Shown here: one piece after another, positions 59,528 through 64,000 of the stretch
Layout: each line of letters begins with the position of its first letter
Position numbering within the stretch: position 1 is the first letter of the stretch
NCBI GenBank assembly: GCA_947631935.1
Contig: CANRNG010000001.1
Span: forward strand, 5,935 to 69,934
Length of the DNA stretch: 64,000 nucleotides
Reading direction: 5' to 3'
Origin: an uncultured Erysipelothrix sp.
GTDB taxonomy: Bacteria; Bacillota_I; Bacilli_A; Erysipelotrichales; Erysipelotrichaceae
Notes under the pieces: generated by a model
Seen by the model: the letters and a program-made list of their open reading frames with translations, nothing else
What the model was told of the DNA's origin: nothing
The model's database searches: none
Position numbers and translations under genes: made by a program

Positions 59528-61144
59528 TCATTTTACTCTTTTTTTATGAAAAATCAAAGCCGCATTTATAAACCCGTAAAATAAAGGGTGAGAACGGTTG
59601 GGTCTTGACTTAAATTCAGGCTGAAATTGGGTCGCAATATAGAAATCATGCCCCTTTAATTCAACCGCTTCAACCACTTGTCCATTGGGGCTAAAGCCAC
59701 TAATGACCAAGCCATTTTCCTCAATTATCTTACGATACTGATTGTTAAACTCATAACGATGACGGTGTCTTTCAAAAATCGAATCTTGATTATAAAGTTT
59801 TTGTATTAAACTGTTTTTTTCTAATTGAATTGGATGATTCCCAAGACGCATGGATCCCCCAAGAGACTGTATTTTAAGCTCTGGTTCAATCATGGTAATG
59901 ATGGAGGTATTTGTTTTTTCATCAAATTCAGTTGAATTCGCATCCTTCAATCCACAAAGATGCATCGCAATATCCAACAGTGCTGCATGCATCCCCATAC
60001 CAATCCCAAAATAAGGAATTTGGTGTTCACGTGCATACTTTGATGCCAAGATCATGCCTTGGGTACCGCGCTTTCCAAATCCTGTAGGAACGATGATCCC
60101 ATCCAGATCGTCTAATAAGTTATCCACATTTTGAACATTTAAATCCTCGGAATTAATCCATATTATTTCCGTGTCAGTGGCTTGTTGGTGAGAGGCATGT
60201 TGGATGGCTTCTGCAACGGAAAGATACGCATCTTTCAATTGAACATACTTTCCAACCAACCCCACTTTAATGCGATGTTCTAAGTTTTTAGAACGCTCAA
60301 TCATTTCAACCCATTCACGCATATCAGCTTCAGGTGCATCGTCAATCCCAAACTTATGTAGAATATAGGCATCCAAACCCTGATCTTGAAAGCGTAATGG
60401 CAGTTCGTATAAATTCGTTGCATTTCTAGATTCAATAATCGCATTGATATTCACATCACAAAAAAGGGCGATTTTCTCTTTCATTTCTTGTGTGAGGGGT
60501 TCCTCACAACGGGTCACAATAATGTTTGTTTTAATACCCAATGACATCAATTCTTTAAAACTGTGTTGGGTGGGTTTTGTTTTGAGTTCATTGGAGGCAG
60601 GTACTTTTGGGATGAGTGTTGTATGAATGAACAACACATTATCCCGTGGTTGTTCAGAATGAACTTGTCTGATTGCCTCTAAAAAGGGCAGGGATTCAAT
60701 GTCGCCTACGGTTCCTCCAATTTCGGTAATGATAATATCAGCACCTGAGTCCTTGGCGACGGTATATATTTTGTTTTTAATTTCATCGGTAATATGAGGA
60801 ATGACTTGAACTGTAGCGCCTTTATAGGCGCCTTGACGCTCTTTATCAATCACGCTTTGATATACCCTACCTGTAGTAATGCTTGCGTTTTTGGTGAGTT
60901 CCACATCAATAAAGCGCTCATAATGTCCCAGGTCTAAATCTGTTTCTGCCCCATCTTTGGTCACAAAAACTTCGCCATGTTGGTAAGGTGACATGGTGCC
61001 TGGATCCACGTTGATATAGGGGTCAAACTTCTGCATAAAGACAGAGAACCCACGATTCTTCATCAAGCGTCCGATTGAGGATGCAATTAAACCTTTGCCA
61101 ATGCCTGAAACCACGCCACCGGTCACAAATATATATTTTGCCAT
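59528..61144 (-). CDS. pyrG: CTP synthase with a degenerate glutaminase domain
   Basis: YIFVTGGVVSGIGKG, DPYINVDPGTMSP, KTKPTQHS; GAT domain reads GIGMGMH and QFQPEF. Start at MAKYIF. Confidence 0.95.
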   Translation of the reverse strand: MAKYIFVTGGVVSGIGKGLIASSIGRLMKNRGFSVFMQKFDPYINVDPGTMSPYQHGEVFVTKDGAETDLDLGHYERFIDVELTKNASITTGRVYQSVIDKERQGAYKGATVQVIPHITDEIKNKIYTVAKDSGADIIITEIGGTVGDIESLPFLEAIRQVHSEQPRDNVLFIHTTLIPKVPASNELKTKPTQHSFKELMSLGIKTNIIVTRCEEPLTQEMKEKIALFCDVNINAIIESRNATNLYELPLRFQDQGLDAYILHKFGIDDAPEADMREWVEMIERSKNLEHRIKVGLVGKYVQLKDAYLSVAEAIQHASHQQATDTEIIWINSEDLNVQNVDNLLDDLDGIIVPTGFGKRGTQGMILASKYAREHQIPYFGIGMGMHAALLDIAMHLCGLKDANSTEFDEKTNTSIITMIEPELKIQSLGGSMRLGNHPIQLEKNSLIQKLYNQDSIFERHRHRYEFNNQYRKIIEENGLVISGFSPNGQVVEAVELKGHDFYIATQFQPEFKSRPNRSHPLFYGFINAALIFHKKRVK

Positions 61145-61168
61145 AGACTCTATTTCCTCTCCAATTAT

Positions 61169-61220
61169 AAAAAAAATGACGCCCCATTTTGGAAGCGCCA
61201 TGCCCTTTTTTAGTTTATCA
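61169..61220 (-). promoter_or_regulatory. pyrG promoter and GGGC reiterative-transcription attenuator
   Basis: TGa-TAAACT, 6 nt, GGGC (61205-61202), hairpin ATGGCGCTTCC-AAAAT-GGGGCGTCAT, then T8. Confidence 0.85.
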
Positions 61221-61232
61221 AAAATCTAGAAT

Positions 61233-61559
61233 CTAATCAATGTCGATTTCAATCGGAGTATCATAGTCCTCCGCATACGCTTCTTGATCATAATCATCAT
61301 AATCATCCGCCAATTCAGGGTCGATTTTCAATGTATCTTCTGCGTAACGTTCGCGAAGATCCCAATTGTTTTTCTCAAGTGAGATGAAGCGGGAATCTAG
61401 CATCAATGCATTGTAGAATGACGCAATTTTTCGTTTCGCCATATCTTCTGTGAATCCAATTTCTGAACACACTTCTTTCCACAATATATTAAATGCAACC
61501 ACTTCTGTTTTATTTTTTAAATTTTCATAAGCTATATTGGTTAGTGAATTTCTAGCCAT
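61233..61559 (-). CDS. rpoE: RNA polymerase delta subunit
   Basis: FYNALMLDSRFISLEKNNWDLRERY plus acidic tail; upstream of pyrG. Confidence 0.9.
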   Translation of the reverse strand: MARNSLTNIAYENLKNKTEVVAFNILWKEVCSEIGFTEDMAKRKIASFYNALMLDSRFISLEKNNWDLRERYAEDTLKIDPELADDYDDYDQEAYAEDYDTPIEIDID

Positions 61560-61951
61560 GCTTCTTCCTCCTTTGTCCACACACATTTGAAAGTATGTAC
61601 ATCAATCAATTCCTCCCCTTGGAGTAAGTTATAAACAATTTTAATTGATGTGTCCAACACTTCCAATTCAACTACTTGAATGTCAAAGCGTAGTTCACCT
61701 TCTACTGAAATAATTCTGGCAATATTCTTGGCATTCAGTTCAAATTCCGCAAGTGTAACCCACTCATTCTCCCTTTTTAAAAGTACACGATCTTTACTAA
61801 AATCCAAGGTAGTGTAAGCGCCACATCCTTCTTGGTAAACCAAACGACGCATCGTTTTGAGGTCGTGTAAAGTCGCATAGCCATCCACATCCTTTATATC
61901 AACGGAGTTGGATTTTTGGGTTGCAGTAACTTTAACCTTAATGTCAATCAC
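61541..61951 (-). CDS. DUF1934 (YwiB-like) protein, GTG start
   Basis: Beta-rich 136-aa protein upstream of rpoE; promoter TTGACT-16-TATAAT at 61969-61996. Confidence 0.6.
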   Translation of the reverse strand: MIDIKVKVTATQKSNSVDIKDVDGYATLHDLKTMRRLVYQEGCGAYTTLDFSKDRVLLKRENEWVTLAEFELNAKNIARIISVEGELRFDIQVVELEVLDTSIKIVYNLLQGEELIDVHTFKCVWTKEEEAWLEIH

Positions 61952-62023
61952 CTCTTTATTTCCCCTTGATTATAGCCAACATGCATATAAAGTCAAGTCT
62001 TTTCACTCAAAAAACTCAGTCTC

Positions 62024-62048
62024 AAAAAAAAAGACCTCTTAGAGGTCT
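62024..62048 (-). terminator. pgm terminator
   Basis: AGACCTC-TAA-GAGGTCT-TTTTTTTT on the minus strand. Confidence 0.8.
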
Positions 62049-63705
62049 AAATTGTTTCAATGATATTGTGCAATTCTTTAGAATAGGCCTGATATTTTTT
62101 CTTTGCGTTATCCAAGCTGTCTGCTTTAACGTTGTAGTAAAATTTACACTTAGGCTCCGTACCGGAAGGGCGAATCGCAATCCATGATCCATCTTCTAAC
62201 AAGTATTTAAGGACATTGGATTTGGGGAAATCCAGGACATTCCCTTTAGAATCTACTTGTTTGAGGTAGTCTTCTTTATTGATTACTTTTACACCATCAA
62301 TAGATTTAAGCGCGTTATCTCTAAAGTGATTTAAAATTCTTTGGATACGTGCAAGCCCTGCTTCGCCGCTAAGCGCCAAAGATTCCAAATGGTCATAGTA
62401 AGCCCCGTGGCGTTCAAATAACCCGTGTAGGACATCTATGAGCGTCATGCCTCTGTTTAAATAGAAGTTGGCCGCTTCACTGACCATCAAGCATGCTTGA
62501 AGTGCATCTTTGTCACGGACAAAGTCTTGGATTAAATATCCATAACTTTCTTCATATCCAAAAACAAATGTCTTGTCTTGTTTTTGGTTGTGTCCTTCAA
62601 TTTTTTCACCAATGTATTTAAAACCCGTGAGTGTTTTCTCAACATCCACGTTATAAAAATGCGCAATTTTTTCTCCCAAATCAGAGGTAACGACGGTATT
62701 AAACATCACCGGATGCTTGGGCATCTTATCCTGTTCAATCAAGGTGCTGTAAATATATTCTTGTAGGATGGCACCACCATCATTTCCAGTAAGATAGACA
62801 TACTCACCCGCATGCTTCAGTGCAATCCCCATTCTATCCGCATCAGGATCAGACACCAAAATTAAATCCGCATCATGTTCATTTGCGTACTTTAAAGGCA
62901 GTTCATAGGCTGCTTTATCTTCAGGGTTAGGTGATTTTGTGTTAGAAAAGTCTGGATCATAGGCTTTTTGTTCCTGTACCACAATAACATGGTAGCCCAA
63001 ATCTGCTAATATATTTGGCATGAGGGGATAGGCTGTTCCATGTTGCGAAGAAAAGACAATCTTAATATTTTTAGGTTCATCATTTCTTAAAAGAATGCCT
63101 TTGAGTCTTGCAACATACTTTTCATCAAAAGTACGGTCCAAATCCACCAATTTATCTTTCGCATCCACACTCAAGTCTAAGACCGTTTCATCTTCAATTT
63201 CATTCACGTATTGAATGACCTCAGCAATCTTATGATCCACAAGCTGACAGCCCGTCTCATCATAAACTTTATAGCCATTATATTCTTTTGGATTGTGGCT
63301 GGCTGTAATCACAACACCCCCGACACAACCCAACTCACGTACCGCAAAAGACAGCTCCGGTGTTGGACGCGGGTCTAAAAAGACATAAGAAGTAATGCCA
63401 AAGATTGATAAGATATTCGCACTGACTTCTGCAAATTCACGGGATTGATGACGGTTATCATACGCAATCGCCACCTTTAAATCGCCACTAAAATTATTTA
63501 CAAGATACTTGCCATATCCCATATTGGCTTTCGCGACAGTATATACGTTCATTCGATTGGGACCCACGCCCAATAAACCACGCATACCCGCAGTACCAAA
63601 TTCCAATGACTTATAAAATGCATCATGTTTCTCTGCTTCAGTTAATGCAGCCATTTCTTTTTGAATCCATAATTCATTTTCGGCAAGCTTCAACCAACTG
63701 TTCAT
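62047..63705 (-). CDS. pgm: Phosphoglucomutase / phospho-sugar mutase
   Basis: FGTAGMRG, TASHNP, DPDADR, GYEESYG, RPSGTEPK. Start at MNSWL after GGGAGG. Confidence 0.93.
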   Translation of the reverse strand: MNSWLKLAENELWIQKEMAALTEAEKHDAFYKSLEFGTAGMRGLLGVGPNRMNVYTVAKANMGYGKYLVNNFSGDLKVAIAYDNRHQSREFAEVSANILSIFGITSYVFLDPRPTPELSFAVRELGCVGGVVITASHNPKEYNGYKVYDETGCQLVDHKIAEVIQYVNEIEDETVLDLSVDAKDKLVDLDRTFDEKYVARLKGILLRNDEPKNIKIVFSSQHGTAYPLMPNILADLGYHVIVVQEQKAYDPDFSNTKSPNPEDKAAYELPLKYANEHDADLILVSDPDADRMGIALKHAGEYVYLTGNDGGAILQEYIYSTLIEQDKMPKHPVMFNTVVTSDLGEKIAHFYNVDVEKTLTGFKYIGEKIEGHNQKQDKTFVFGYEESYGYLIQDFVRDKDALQACLMVSEAANFYLNRGMTLIDVLHGLFERHGAYYDHLESLALSGEAGLARIQRILNHFRDNALKSIDGVKVINKEDYLKQVDSKGNVLDFPKSNVLKYLLEDGSWIAIRPSGTEPKCKFYYNVKADSLDNAKKKYQAYSKELHNIIETI

Positions 63706-63726
63706 AAAAATTTCCTCCCAATAATA

Positions 63727-63759
63727 AAAAATAGAAGGACTCAAATGGCCTTCTATTTT
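63727..63759. terminator. ptsH terminator
   Basis: AAAATAGAAGG...CCTTCTATTTT hairpin. Confidence 0.75.
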
Positions 63760-63770
63760 CAACTCATAAA

Positions 63771-64000
63771 TTACCCAATCACTTTTTGAGTTCTTAGTAC
63801 TTCTTCGATTGTAGCGATAGCTGCATCTTCGTCTTCACCTTCGGCGGAAACTGAGATATCTGATTGAGTAGGAATTCCAAGTGACATAACACCCATAATT
63901 GATTTCATGTTAACACTTCTACCTTTATAACTCAATTTGATTTCGCTCTTAAATTTGCTAGCTGCATTGACCGCTACAGTTGCTGGACGTGCGTGTAGTC
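63771..64000 (-). CDS. ptsH: HPr phosphocarrier protein (5' end outside window)
   Basis: Manual translation: [16 protein letters not shown]...[12 protein letters not shown]...RTQKVIG*; His15 and Ser46 motifs present. Confidence 0.95.
   Translation of the reverse strand, partial: LHARPATVAVNAASKFKSEIKLSYKGRSVNMKSIMGVMSLGIPTQSDISVSAEGEDEDAAIATIEEVLRTQKVIG

Noticed and set aside
23490-60130. TTATCCACA DnaA boxes at about 23497 and 60120
   Set aside because: Isolated and inside coding regions; no cluster indicating oriC.
3590-62766. Many 60-130 aa ORFs antisense to or nested in core genes
   Set aside because: They overlap well-supported genes, lack SDs and show no recognisable motifs.
1-64000. 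rRNA, tRNA, tmRNA or prophage genes
   Set aside because: No intergenic space with such structures and no phage hallmark proteins were recognised.

Overview
AT-rich Firmicute chromosomal window. Gene content and order suggest Erysipelotrichaceae (Erysipelothrix-like); this is inference. It is mostly housekeeping and mostly on the minus strand: pncB (partial), a two-component system facing a fused MacB-like ABC transporter, liv, dps, thrS with a Thr T-box, rpsP-khpA-rimM-trmD, addBA, prs-glmU-ispE-rsmA-rnmV, two convergent MetNI modules, tatD, the mnmG-rsmG-noc-parA-parB-sirtuin-rpiA-mnmE block, a GntR/ABC operon, metG, pflBA, murA, an FNT channel, fba, pyrG, rpoE, pgm and ptsH (partial). There are two accessory spots. 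(1) A tandem pair of IS1202-like (ISNCY) elements at 15905-18965, joined by a 27-bp duplication. (2) An AT-rich island at about 51.2-53.4 kb encoding a secreted DUF6973/minimal-Wnt-like protein, a candidate 2-TM immunity gene, a decayed double-glycine-leader peptide gene and LytTR-like upstream repeats. Several core genes are unusual: PyrG has lost both its glutaminase Cys and His but keeps a GGGC attenuator, Noc lacks its N-terminal membrane helix, the sirtuin is zinc-less and only 186 aa, and AddB has no Fe-S cysteines. All family assignments come from motif recognition by eye; no database searches were run.
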